A stretch of 64,000 nt of DNA from an uncultured Verrucomicrobiae bacterium (GCA_963718565.1 OY970364.1:1248001-1312000), one strand, 5' to 3'. Positions 39,052-49,390 are shown, numbered from the stretch's first letter. Numbers and translations are program-made. The notes: generated by a model not told the origin, from the sequence alone.

Positions 39052-39807
39052 ATGACCCTCCCTCCTCCTTCCGAACATTTTCAAGGCAAAACAGTTGTCG
39101 AGCATCTGAAAGAAGCGCGTACCCGCGGCACTATCGCCTCTTCAGAGGTTCACGGCACGGAAATGCCTGGACATGTTTCCGCAGGTGCCGATGCCGGAAA
39201 AGAAATGGCAATCATCCTTCTGATTCTTTGGATTGTCCTTCCCCATTTTCTGACACTGCAGAAGACAGGGCTGCTGATGCTGCTCTTTTCAATAGGTTGG
39301 GTGATTTGGAAAACAGCGCGCAGTGCTCTGCTGGGATGGACGCGCATTGAGCGATTGCATCGTGTCATTGAAGAAGAGCGCTGGGAAATCGAACATCATC
39401 GCACGCAAGAAAAAGAAGAACTCACCGAAATGTATCTGGCCAAAGGATTAACTGGGAAACTTCTTGAAGAGGTGATTGAAGTGTTGATGGCCGATGACAA
39501 TCGCCTGCTACGCGTGATGCTTGAAGAAGAGCTTGGTTTGACACTCGAAGCTTATGAACATCCCCTTAAACAAGCATCTGGAGCGCTCTGCGGATCACTG
39601 GTTAGCGCTGCGCTCTGTTTGTTGGGATTTTGGTCGCATTCCACTTTTGGACTCCCTCTTCTTTCTGCTTTGATTGTCATTGTATGTACGGTCATTTCTG
39701 CAAAATTAGAGAGGAACCGGGTGTGGAATTCCCTCATCTGGAACTTAGCTGTTTTTGGCCTCGTCGCAGGCACTGTCTATTTTTTAATCCCTCTTCTTGC
39801 AACTTAA
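39052..39807 (+). CDS. VIT1/CCC1-family membrane protein
   Basis: EEERWEIE..EKEEL..Y..KG...MLEEELG acidic loop between TMs. Confidence 0.8.
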   Translation: MTLPPPSEHFQGKTVVEHLKEARTRGTIASSEVHGTEMPGHVSAGADAGKEMAIILLILWIVLPHFLTLQKTGLLMLLFSIGWVIWKTARSALLGWTRIERLHRVIEEERWEIEHHRTQEKEELTEMYLAKGLTGKLLEEVIEVLMADDNRLLRVMLEEELGLTLEAYEHPLKQASGALCGSLVSAALCLLGFWSHSTFGLPLLSALIVIVCTVISAKLERNRVWNSLIWNLAVFGLVAGTVYFLIPLLAT

Positions 39808-41793
39808 ATGAATCTATCGGCACCGTTTATCTTTGATGAGTTCTTCGCTTCTGGGAAAGAAGAGAGCATTAGCCCTTTTCTCACGCCTAAATCAAGAATT
39901 TGGGGTAAAAATTTACCCCTGAAAACTGCTCTCTTTTCCGGCATTCTGCTCTTCACATCATTCACGACTGCATTCTTTATTCCCCCGCTTTCCAATCTTT
40001 TATTGCTATTCGTCTATTTTTTTTCGGGGACTCCAGCGCTTCTGGGCTCTATTCAGGACATTAGAAATCTCCAGATCAATATCGATGTCTTGATGACGAT
40101 GGCCGCTCTTCTTTCAGTCATTATTGGCAGCGGAATGGAAGGCGCTCTTTTACTCGTTCTCTTCGAGCTATCTGCTGCGATGGAGTATATGGTCTCGGAA
40201 AAGACCAAAGGCACTTTGCTGAGCCTTCATCAGCTTTCTCCCCGATTTGCCTGTGTGATTTCTTCTGACGGCACGCTTTACGATAGAGCCATCAGAGAAA
40301 TTCCTACTAGCACACGCCTTTTGATCAAAGCAGGTGAAATTGTTCCACTCGATGGGATAGTGACGGACGGGAGTTCATTTGTCAATCTCTTCCATTTGAC
40401 CGGTGAAAGCCATCCTGTCCCTAAAAAAAAAGGAGACGAAATCCAGGCAGGTGCCAGAAATCTCGATGGGACTTTAACCATTGAAGTGACACGGACAAGT
40501 AGCGATTCTACCCTTTCACGGATCATCCAGCTCATTACGCAAGCCCAAGAATCCAAACCCCAACTGCAACGGTTCTTAGACCGTTTTGGCAAATGGTATG
40601 CCATGATCGTCATGTCACTATTTTTTATTTTCGCCTTCACCCTTCCTTTACTTTTTCCGATTCCCTACCTTGGTCCAGAAGGAGGGATTTATCGGGCTTT
40701 GGCATTTCTGATTGCGGCATCCCCTTGTGCTTTGATTATCGCCACACCCACTGCGTATTTAAGCGCGATCAGCAGTTGCGCCCGCAAAGGAATCCTCCTG
40801 AAAGGAGGCGTCGTTCTCGATGCCCTTGCAAGTTGCAAGAGAATCGCTTTTGACAAAACAGGAACTCTGACCACAGGCAAACTCTCTTGCGTTTCTATGG
40901 AACCCGCTCTCTCAAAAACGCCTCTATGCAACCATGATGAAGCTCTTGCGATTGCCTACGGACTTGAACGCAATGCCGTCCACCCTATCGCAGATGCCAT
41001 TGTGGCCTTTGCTAAAGAAAAGTCCATCAAACCAAAGGAACTCATCGATTTTAAAGCTGTTCATGGCTTCGGATTGGAAGGAAAAGTCGATCTTAAGGGA
41101 AAAATGATTGATGTGTGTATCGGCCATCGAGAATTCATCGAGAAAAAAATCCCGGAAACATTGAAGAAAAATTGGGAATCTTTGCAAAGTTCGATGAATC
41201 GAGAAGGCCATCTCAGCACTTTGCTGCTTGTCGAAGACGCCTTATTTCTCTTTCATTTCCTCGATACAGTGCGTCCAGAATCTGCCTCTGTCATTCAGCA
41301 TTTAAAGAATCAAGAGCGTTTAAGACCGATGATGCTCACAGGTGATCACTTAGATATTGCTCAGGGCGTTGCCGCGAAAGTGGGGATCGAGGATGTCTTT
41401 GCCAATTTGCGCCCTGAAGACAAACTCCATAAAGTGACCGAATTTTCTCAAGAAGCCGGTCTGATCATGGTCGGCGATGGAATCAACGATGCGCCGGCTC
41501 TTGCACGCTCCACGGTGGGCATTTCTCTTGGAAAGATCGGAAGTGCAACTGCCATTGATGCCTCAGATATCGTCTTTCTCAATGACGATCTGTCCTCGCT
41601 CAATTGGCTCATAAGTAAAGCAAAACAGACGCTTTCCATCATCAAACAAAACATCTCTCTTGCTCTTTGCGTGATCGTCTTTGCGACAACCCCCGCCCTG
41701 CTTGGACTTGTCCCCTTATGGATCGCAGTCATTTTGCACGAAGGCGGCACAGTCATCGTCGGCTTAAATAGCTTGCGCCTGCTTAAAAAATAA
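39808..41793 (+). CDS. zntA: P1B heavy-metal P-type ATPase (SPC type)
   Basis: LTGES, ASPCAL, DKTGT, HP, GDGINDAP, HEGGT. Confidence 0.92.
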   Translation: MNLSAPFIFDEFFASGKEESISPFLTPKSRIWGKNLPLKTALFSGILLFTSFTTAFFIPPLSNLLLLFVYFFSGTPALLGSIQDIRNLQINIDVLMTMAALLSVIIGSGMEGALLLVLFELSAAMEYMVSEKTKGTLLSLHQLSPRFACVISSDGTLYDRAIREIPTSTRLLIKAGEIVPLDGIVTDGSSFVNLFHLTGESHPVPKKKGDEIQAGARNLDGTLTIEVTRTSSDSTLSRIIQLITQAQESKPQLQRFLDRFGKWYAMIVMSLFFIFAFTLPLLFPIPYLGPEGGIYRALAFLIAASPCALIIATPTAYLSAISSCARKGILLKGGVVLDALASCKRIAFDKTGTLTTGKLSCVSMEPALSKTPLCNHDEALAIAYGLERNAVHPIADAIVAFAKEKSIKPKELIDFKAVHGFGLEGKVDLKGKMIDVCIGHREFIEKKIPETLKKNWESLQSSMNREGHLSTLLLVEDALFLFHFLDTVRPESASVIQHLKNQERLRPMMLTGDHLDIAQGVAAKVGIEDVFANLRPEDKLHKVTEFSQEAGLIMVGDGINDAPALARSTVGISLGKIGSATAIDASDIVFLNDDLSSLNWLISKAKQTLSIIKQNISLALCVIVFATTPALLGLVPLWIAVILHEGGTVIVGLNSLRLLKK

Positions 41794-42002
41794 CTCGAAT
41801 CTGGTCTTCCAGAGTCTCGATAGTTTCCCAAATCTGACGCATCTGCGAAGAAATCCCATGCGCATCTAAGCTGTGCGCCGGAGAAGAAAGCGAGGCGATC
41901 GCAAAATTGGATAGTAGCATCCCGATGTCAAAGAAAATCGGGGCATAAATGGCAAATTCGGTGTCGAAGTAACGTCTGTATTATTTAAATTTTCAATTAG
42001 CA

Positions 42003-42098
42003 TTATTCAAGTTGTGCTGCTTCGGGCGCCGCTTCGCTGGTTTAAACTCTAGGCGCCAGCTTTGCCAAAATCCCAATTCTTCATGTTGTTTCGGTATA
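42003..42098 (-). repeat. Family B half copy supplying the 3' end of the PTP gene
   Basis: Reverse complement closely matches 30940-31034; encodes YTETT-stop. Confidence 0.85.
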
Positions 42099-43889
42099 GG
42101 TCGAATCAGGCGCTAATTTCGCCAATAGACGCAATGTGCGATAGCAAAAGAGGTATTGGTCCCGCGATTGCATCATGCTGTTGCACCGCCCCTCTTCTGG
42201 AGAACGTTGGCGTTGAAGACACCGCTTAACATCGACCTTTCCGGTAGGAAGATATTCAAACTGATCGATGAGCGTGATCAAGGCGCTCGTCCGCCCTACA
42301 CCCGCATGGCAATGCACGACGATGGGAGATATACTGCACTCGGCCTGAAACTTTGAATTTTGACTGGCTGCGACTTTGTCAAATCGATCCTCCCTTCGGG
42401 CTGGTTCATTTTCGTTCACCTGCTTTGCACTACGAAAGTCCACCGGACTTTCTCGTGTCTCCGCAGTCTCCTCACCCTGCCTGCTTGGGGCAGGGCTTCG
42501 TCGGTCGGAACGCTCTGCTTCGATTTGACTTTGTCTCGCTGAGTCAAAATTCAAAGTTTCAGGCCGAGTGCAGTATGCTGTATTCTCAGTGCGAAGCCCA
42601 TGGACTGTTTTTACGAGGTAAGCCGCCGCACGCTCATTGCCTGGTGAGAAATCACGCCAATTTTGATATTGGAAATGATTCACAATGCGCGCCTCTTTAC
42701 CCTCTTGCCAGATTCTCACTTTTCGATGAATAACGGCATGAGGTTCTTCTTCATGGGGGGCTTGACGCCAGCTAGGATCGGTTTTGAAAAAGGGCTTCTC
42801 GATTAATTCGAGATGGATTTTTCCATAGTTTTTTTTGTCCGATAATGAGAAAGGAAAATAGATATCATCGCCTGGATCAGTAAGACGATTCAGCATAATC
42901 ACAATCGATGCATTTTGCTCGAGGACCATCGACCAAAAATCTTCAGTAGTATGCGGCATAGGAGATTGTGTCCCAATGAACTTTTTGCCTAAGACAAAAC
43001 TCGCATTAATATAGCGGCCCGAATTCAATGGCACCAAGGTAGCATCGTAAGGAAAATTATTAAATGGGAAACGCGTAAACGGGTGATTGTCTTCACGCCG
43101 AGTAGTTTGCGAGTGAAGTTTGTAAACATCCTCATTGATCTGCGCATTCAAATCATTAATCTCAGAAAAAACATCTGCATCCGACTTGTCGAGTGCCACC
43201 AATGTTTTTTTCATTTCTTCCTTAGGAAGCAATTGAGGATAATTTTTTAGAAGCGAAATCCCTTCCATCCCTCCGTATCCTTTGCGGACCGACATCAAAA
43301 GATGGCCTAAACGATTGCACCCAGTTCCATCACTATCATCTGTCCAAAAAGGGTCCATTCTTTTTAAAGGGGTATGGAAAGAAAGGTAGGAGTCCATTGT
43401 CAAAAGAAGAAGGCGTTGAAGAGTGTAATTTTGACCAAACTTAGCGCGCAGAACATCAAGCATGACTATTTCTCGCTTCTCATACCATTCCCGGTTTTTT
43501 TCGAGATGCTTTTCCGCTGAAAAAGCCAAAGCTTTTTTTGCATCCAGAGTTTTGATCTGATTCGTCAGCTCACCATTTGGGGCAAACTTTTGAGCTTCGT
43601 AGACGGTTGTTGCGCATGTGTAATAGGTTCCTCCAAATTCAAAAGGAGCTGGACAGTCATTATCGAGAAAAGCGAAATAGGGATCGCAATTCTGGCCAAA
43701 CAAAATACAGCGGCCTCTAAGAGCTTTTGCAATCGTCTGTTCGAGATTTGTGGGCTGATACGGAGGTGGCGCACTTAAGACGTTTTCTTCAACTTTAGGC
43801 TCTTCTTTGTGCTCTTCCAAAATTTGGACTTCCAATGTTTTTGGCCCTGTATAAATGATGGAAGAGTCTACGATTCCTTTTACTGTCAT
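42081..43889 (-). CDS. NADAR (YbiA-like) domain fused to a classical protein tyrosine phosphatase
   Basis: NADAR: AQKF..W...VM..VLRAKFGQN..L..LL..T...DPFW...G.NRLGHLLM.VR; PTP: YINAS, TQSP..T.EDFW.MV, WRD, HCHAGVGRT, QSRDQY. Confidence 0.85.
   Translation of the reverse strand: MTVKGIVDSSIIYTGPKTLEVQILEEHKEEPKVEENVLSAPPPYQPTNLEQTIAKALRGRCILFGQNCDPYFAFLDNDCPAPFEFGGTYYTCATTVYEAQKFAPNGELTNQIKTLDAKKALAFSAEKHLEKNREWYEKREIVMLDVLRAKFGQNYTLQRLLLLTMDSYLSFHTPLKRMDPFWTDDSDGTGCNRLGHLLMSVRKGYGGMEGISLLKNYPQLLPKEEMKKTLVALDKSDADVFSEINDLNAQINEDVYKLHSQTTRREDNHPFTRFPFNNFPYDATLVPLNSGRYINASFVLGKKFIGTQSPMPHTTEDFWSMVLEQNASIVIMLNRLTDPGDDIYFPFSLSDKKNYGKIHLELIEKPFFKTDPSWRQAPHEEEPHAVIHRKVRIWQEGKEARIVNHFQYQNWRDFSPGNERAAAYLVKTVHGLRTENTAYCTRPETLNFDSARQSQIEAERSDRRSPAPSRQGEETAETRESPVDFRSAKQVNENEPARREDRFDKVAASQNSKFQAECSISPIVVHCHAGVGRTSALITLIDQFEYLPTGKVDVKRCLQRQRSPEEGRCNSMMQSRDQYLFCYRTLRLLAKLAPDSTYTETT
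42331..42576. repeat. Palindromic element family A (246 bp), in frame within the PTP domain
   Basis: Perfect 35-bp IR atactgcactcggcctgaaactttgaattttgact at 42331-42365 and 42542-42576. Confidence 0.93.
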
Positions 43890-43916
43890 AAAAACCCCTC
43901 AATTAACCTTTTCAAG

Positions 43917-44152
43917 CTGGAGTTTGGACTAATTTCGTACGTCCTTAAAAACTCATGGCAAAAGTTGAAGACCATTTTGATCCATGCCAAACTTACCACT
44001 TATCGATAAATGCAAAGCCTGGCATGGATCCAAATGACATTCAGTGCTTGCCATAGGTTTTTGAGGACGTACCTAATTTCACTCGCTTCACTAAGCCCAA
44101 GATTTGAACTGATTTCGCGAGCATCAACGAGTGAAATCAGTTCAAGCACCAG
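43917..44152. repeat. Family D palindrome interrupted by the IS66 MITE
   Basis: ctggagtttggactaatttc|actcgcttc...gaaatcagttcaagcaccag matches 15459-15513. Confidence 0.75.
43937..44072. mobile_element. 136-bp MITE derived from the IS66
   Basis: Both IS ends joined at atcgat; 8-bp TSD ctaatttc at 43929-43936 and 44073-44080. Confidence 0.93.
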
Positions 44153-44154
44153 TT

Positions 44155-46086
44155 TCAAGGTAAATCTGGTGCGTAAAGCTCTCTCATATTTCTGCCGACA
44201 AGAGTTTTTTCGCCTTCATCGCTTGTATACCACCACAAGCCCTTTCCCTCATTCGCAAGATGGAACTCAAAAATTTCAATGGGCGAGATGCGGACCCCCT
44301 CTTCGCTATATGACTTGTCGTTGTTGAAACGGCTTTTGATATTAATGAATTCTTCTTTTCCACCAAACATTTTAAAAAACAGTTCCCGCGGAGTTAGTGT
44401 GATCTTTTCTTTGCTGAGCTCTTCTGCGAAGATCGCTTTAAGTTTCTCCAAGCGATGGATCTGTGCTCCATAAGCAGCTTTAGAGATCTGAAGAGATGTT
44501 TGTTGTCTCTTGAATTTTTCTGTAAGGCGAGGATCTAAAAACATGAGAAGGATTGCTCGATCAAACGGCTGTGCGTTTTGAGGCATGCCCATGTGCCACA
44601 TGCGAAATTCTCCGACATCATTCGAGATCGGCATTGACTTCTCATCATCAAAGTCCCAAAAATTGACAACTCTTCCCAATTCGGGACGATAATCCACAAA
44701 GGTATTGTCAGAGGAACAATCTACAGAGCCCTTAATGATTCCCAAAAGTGCATAAAAATGGACTAAGGCTTTAGGAGCCGTCTTCAGTTTTTCTCCTCCT
44801 CCAGTGGGGTCTTTCCTGATCAAATCAACAGCGCGTCTACAGTCGTGAATCCAAGGCTGTACTGAACCTTGAACATTAAAAACAGCGACATGATTTTTGA
44901 ACGCCTCAGAATTGAGATAATTTTGAATCGCAATACATTTTTCTCGATCCGATGTACTGCATCCACCGGTACTATAAAATAGTTTCTCGCCCAAACTATC
45001 GATTTCTCGACGATCTCCACATAATGTGTACATTTCTCCAAAAATGCAGTTTCTAACCTCTTGAGGAATGTGCGATTCATGGAATAATTCAAATGCGTGT
45101 TGCCTAAGGAGTGCTGCCTTTTCCCCGTTTTCTTGTCGACTAGAAGCCTCGAACAACTTCTTAACCTCGTAAACAGCGCTAAAAATATTTTTATTCCTGA
45201 GCAGTCCAGTAGGAGCCGACATCCCCAAACCACAAAGTCTATCACATTGTGCTGCATAAACCTCTTTCATTGCGGAATGGATATCCAGAGGTTTAAATTT
45301 CCCTTGCTTATCTTCATCCGAAGGAATGACATAGATCGGTTTCCACGCAGATTGATCTGAAGTTTGAAGGGAATGATTGTGGATCTGCTGAATCGTCATT
45401 TTGTGAATAGACCTGAGTCGAAGGTCATTGGAGAGATCTGTAGAAGTGGGATGAAAAAATTCCTTTCTCAACAGTCGCTCGAGAATGATCTCCGCAGCGA
45501 TTTCATCGTAATCACCTTTCACTACTTCCTCGATAACAGAGGTCAAATATTCAAACTGTTCCATCTCTTTTGAACCTAAGGATTCAGGTAGGGAAAGATA
45601 ATGCATCTCTTTTACCTTCCAAGCAGACTGAATTGAGCTTGAGTCAGCAAATAACTGGGGGTATTTGGTACAAAGATTGTGATTTAGACTACGGAGCCGA
45701 GCTATAATGCGCACTCTTTGGGTGAGCGCCGGATCTGCTTGTGTTGAGAGGAGATTTTTTAAGAACAAAGGACAGGGGTAAGCAATAAATTTAGCTGCTC
45801 CATCTGGGCAATCCTGACCAAATGCATGGAATAAACCTACACACTTTTTTTTGAAAATGGTATGAACCAATCGGGTAGTGCTATCAAACAGATGATATCT
45901 TCCCCAGTCCCTATTCCAATCTTCGATGGTGACGCCATCCGTTAGGGCTTTAAAATAGACCTCTCGTTGGAGATCGTTAACTTCTGCAGCATTCAGAGTG
46001 GAGACATAAGTCTCTAACTGTTCTCTTGTAAACATCTGATGATAAAGTGAGGAATCGGGCAATGCTTTAATACTCATTATTTCCAC
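44155..46086 (-). CDS. Effector-like protein with an atypical (PI3/PI4-kinase/HipA-like) kinase fold
   Basis: FKP....KEVYA...DRLCGLGMSAPT, QGSVQPW, DCSSDN, DFDDEKSMP. Confidence 0.6.
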   Translation of the reverse strand: MEIMSIKALPDSSLYHQMFTREQLETYVSTLNAAEVNDLQREVYFKALTDGVTIEDWNRDWGRYHLFDSTTRLVHTIFKKKCVGLFHAFGQDCPDGAAKFIAYPCPLFLKNLLSTQADPALTQRVRIIARLRSLNHNLCTKYPQLFADSSSIQSAWKVKEMHYLSLPESLGSKEMEQFEYLTSVIEEVVKGDYDEIAAEIILERLLRKEFFHPTSTDLSNDLRLRSIHKMTIQQIHNHSLQTSDQSAWKPIYVIPSDEDKQGKFKPLDIHSAMKEVYAAQCDRLCGLGMSAPTGLLRNKNIFSAVYEVKKLFEASSRQENGEKAALLRQHAFELFHESHIPQEVRNCIFGEMYTLCGDRREIDSLGEKLFYSTGGCSTSDREKCIAIQNYLNSEAFKNHVAVFNVQGSVQPWIHDCRRAVDLIRKDPTGGGEKLKTAPKALVHFYALLGIIKGSVDCSSDNTFVDYRPELGRVVNFWDFDDEKSMPISNDVGEFRMWHMGMPQNAQPFDRAILLMFLDPRLTEKFKRQQTSLQISKAAYGAQIHRLEKLKAIFAEELSKEKITLTPRELFFKMFGGKEEFINIKSRFNNDKSYSEEGVRISPIEIFEFHLANEGKGLWWYTSDEGEKTLVGRNMRELYAPDLP

Positions 46087-46268
46087 CTAAGTTTTTTAAT
46101 TTTAAAATATACTGTTAATTGTAATAGTTTAACATAATAAATACAAAGACAAATAATAAATAAATTTTTTTTACATTTTCCTCGCGTTTGCGTGCGAAAA
46201 AATATTTGAAGATGCTATGGATTTAAATTAGGAGTTTTGCAATTCCCTCATTAGACCAGGAGAGATTC

Positions 46269-49200
46269 ATGAGTAGTTCAGCGCGTCCTTCTCAAAGGCT
46301 ATCCAAACAAGAGCTCCAGCAAGCCATTGCCAAAGAAAGCAAAACATTTGAAGAGAATTATTCTTGGATTGATCAACATATGCCAGCCAGCTTTTTTGAG
46401 GAAGTCGACCAGGAAAGCATTATCCTCATCGTCCATAGCCTGGAAAATCTCAACCTAAACGACTTTTTCTCTCACCTCCATCTCAAAAACATGGCCTACG
46501 TCATATGCTTAGATAGCCCCGACGCCGATTTGCGTATCCTCAAGCATTATAAAAGATATGGAATTAAAAACTATCGCTCCTACGTTTCCAATAAACCTCC
46601 TCCTTTTCCTGGGATCAAGACTCCCTTGCGCATTGCGAGAATCCTCTTCAGCGACTATGTGGAAAAAATCCCCCTAGATCTTTTTTCCGAGGAAAGAGAA
46701 AAAGAAATTGTTGAGCAGGTGAAAGCCCGGAATCCCCAAGTCACAGAAAGCGATGTCCGTAGACTGATTGGACAACTCAGTCAGATGTTTATCAAAGCGA
46801 TGACCAAAGAACGGTTGATTATGGCGCTCGACATGTTTTTCCGTGCCAAATCGCGTGATAATTGCCAGTACGAGATCCGCTTCAATGAAGATTGGAAGGA
46901 AAAAAAAGAAACCCCTTCGCTCCAAATCGTCTTTGCCTGGAGAAATGTCCCCAAGTATAATTTTCTTTATCGACTCTCCAAAGTCATCCATCGGCATGGG
47001 CTCGCCTTGAAGCGAGTCAATGCCACTTACATCGACCCCTATAGCCGGCAAAATATTTTATTAATGTCCTTAGGTCTTCACGGAAGCGAAGGGGGTGCTG
47101 CCTGGGAAGAGGCGGATTTACCCGATTTCCTCAAAGAACTGGTGACCTTGAAGTACTTTGAAGGCTTGGAATCGATCGAAAATCTGTTTGTCGATACGGA
47201 ATTATTAACAGGCAATCAAGGAAACCTCCTCAAATCGATCGTTTATTTTATCCATCAAGTTCTTGTCCATGCCGATGTCAATATGTATGCTTTAAATCAC
47301 ATTGAAGAAGGGATTTGCCGGCATCCCGAGCTCACCGTCAAGCTAGTTCAAGCCTTTGATGCCAAATTTAATCCCGACAAGGCAAGCCTCGAAGAATATC
47401 TGAAAATTCGCGGAGATTATTTCCACCTCGTCGACCATCTCGATACAGGTAACGAGCCCAATGACACTCGAAGAAAAAACATCCTCAAGCAAGGGATGAA
47501 CATGGTCGACTACACTTTAAAAACGAATTATTATCGAAAGAATAAAACAGCATTTTGCTTTCGCCTCGACCCCATTTATCTCGACCAAGTTCCCTATGAA
47601 CGCAAAGAAAAATTTCCAGAGATTCCTTTTGCTATTTTCTTCATGAAGGGACTTTACTTCATCGGCTTTCATATCCGCTTCCGCGACCTTTCACGCGGAG
47701 GGCTGCGCACTGTCTTCCCAGATCGGATGGAGCAAATGATCGCGGAGAGGAACAATGTCTTTTCCGAATGCTACAACCTCGCTAATACGCAAAATAAAAA
47801 GAATAAAGACATTCCCGAAGGCGGCGCCAAAGGTGTCATTTTCCTCGAGCCTTATGAGAGACTGTACGCTGAAGAAGAGATTTATCAGCGCGAGCTCGAA
47901 GAATCAGAACTTGGTCCCGATGAGATCAAAGAAAAACTGACAGCTTTTCATAAAGAGCAAAAACTAGAATATCTCTATCAGACACAACGATCCTATATTG
48001 AAAGTTTTTTATCGATCATCAACTGCGATCCTGATGGCACATTGCGTCCAAAAGGGATCATCGATTATTACAAGAAGCCCGAATATATTTATCTCGGCCC
48101 CGATGAGAACATGCATAACGCGATGATCGAATGGATTGCAGTCTACAGCAAATACTATGGCTACAAGCCTGGCGGCGCTTTTATTTCTAGCAAACCAGGG
48201 GCAGGGATCAACCACAAGGACTTTGGCGTGACATCCCTTGGCGTTAATGTTTATATGGAAGAAGTTCTCAAGTTTCTGAGGATCGATCCCACCACTCACC
48301 CATTTACGGTAAAAATGTCCGGAGGGCCAGATGGGGATGTCGCGGGCAATCAAATGTACAATTTGTATCGCTTTTATCCTAAAACTGCCAAATTGCTGGC
48401 CACCATTGATGTCTCGGGAACAATTTTTGACCCTATCGGACTTGATTTAGAAATCATCGCCCAGCTTTTCAAAGATGCAAAGCCGATCCGTTTCTATCCG
48501 CCAGAAAAGCTGAATGAAGGAGGTTTTTTACTCGATACGCGCACAAAACGCGAACAGACAGCTTATGCCCAACAAACTCTGTGTTGGAGAAAGACAGATG
48601 GGAAGCTGATTGAGGATTGGTTGTCCGGAAATGAGATGAACAACCTGCTGCGCCACAATGTTCATCAAATCAAAGCTGATATCTTTATCCCTGGAGGCGG
48701 ACGCCCTAGAACACTCAATGAAAATAATGTTAAAGATTTTCTCGATGAGATGGGAAAACCCACATCGCTAGCCATTGTCGAAGGGGCTAATCTCTATATA
48801 ACGCCATGGGCACGGCGCTCCTTAGAAAAATTAGGCGTGCTCATTATCAAAGATAGTTCTGCAAACAAGGGTGGCGTGACTTGCTCTTCTTTTGAGGTCC
48901 TCTCGAGTTTGGCCTTGTCCGAGGAAGAATTTTTAAAAGAAAAGCCTACGCTAGTTTCTGAAATTCTTGAGATTATTAAAATGAGGGCGCGTGAAGAAGC
49001 GAAATTGCTGCTAAAGACTCATTTGGAAACTCAGGCCTTGCTCACAGATATTTCCGAGTGGATTTCTGAGCGGATCAATATGTATAAAGATCAGCTCATC
49101 GCTTATCTGCAGACCATGACTTTAAGCAATGATCCTAGCGATCCATTTATCCGCTGCCTATTGAATTATTGCCCCCCATTATTACGGACAAAGTATCAAA

Positions 49201-49367
49201 AGAGGATTTTACTCGAAGTTCCCGATGTCCACAAAAAGGCGATCATCGCTTGCCATATCGCCTCCCGAATCGTCTATTATCGAGGATTGGATTGGTCCCC
49301 CTCCCTGGTCGACGTCCTCCCCTTGATCGTCCAAGATCCACTTGTTGTCGGAAACGAAAATTATTGA
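46269..49367 (+). CDS. Large NAD-specific glutamate dehydrogenase
   Basis: SRGGLR, KNKDIPEGGAKG, LGPDENM, GGPDGDVAGN, VEGAN, SANKGGV. Confidence 0.92.
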   Translation: MSSSARPSQRLSKQELQQAIAKESKTFEENYSWIDQHMPASFFEEVDQESIILIVHSLENLNLNDFFSHLHLKNMAYVICLDSPDADLRILKHYKRYGIKNYRSYVSNKPPPFPGIKTPLRIARILFSDYVEKIPLDLFSEEREKEIVEQVKARNPQVTESDVRRLIGQLSQMFIKAMTKERLIMALDMFFRAKSRDNCQYEIRFNEDWKEKKETPSLQIVFAWRNVPKYNFLYRLSKVIHRHGLALKRVNATYIDPYSRQNILLMSLGLHGSEGGAAWEEADLPDFLKELVTLKYFEGLESIENLFVDTELLTGNQGNLLKSIVYFIHQVLVHADVNMYALNHIEEGICRHPELTVKLVQAFDAKFNPDKASLEEYLKIRGDYFHLVDHLDTGNEPNDTRRKNILKQGMNMVDYTLKTNYYRKNKTAFCFRLDPIYLDQVPYERKEKFPEIPFAIFFMKGLYFIGFHIRFRDLSRGGLRTVFPDRMEQMIAERNNVFSECYNLANTQNKKNKDIPEGGAKGVIFLEPYERLYAEEEIYQRELEESELGPDEIKEKLTAFHKEQKLEYLYQTQRSYIESFLSIINCDPDGTLRPKGIIDYYKKPEYIYLGPDENMHNAMIEWIAVYSKYYGYKPGGAFISSKPGAGINHKDFGVTSLGVNVYMEEVLKFLRIDPTTHPFTVKMSGGPDGDVAGNQMYNLYRFYPKTAKLLATIDVSGTIFDPIGLDLEIIAQLFKDAKPIRFYPPEKLNEGGFLLDTRTKREQTAYAQQTLCWRKTDGKLIEDWLSGNEMNNLLRHNVHQIKADIFIPGGGRPRTLNENNVKDFLDEMGKPTSLAIVEGANLYITPWARRSLEKLGVLIIKDSSANKGGVTCSSFEVLSSLALSEEEFLKEKPTLVSEILEIIKMRAREEAKLLLKTHLETQALLTDISEWISERINMYKDQLIAYLQTMTLSNDPSDPFIRCLLNYCPPLLRTKYQKRILLEVPDVHKKAIIACHIASRIVYYRGLDWSPSLVDVLPLIVQDPLVVGNENY

Positions 49368-49390
49368 TTACAAACAGCTTATGAAAATAA

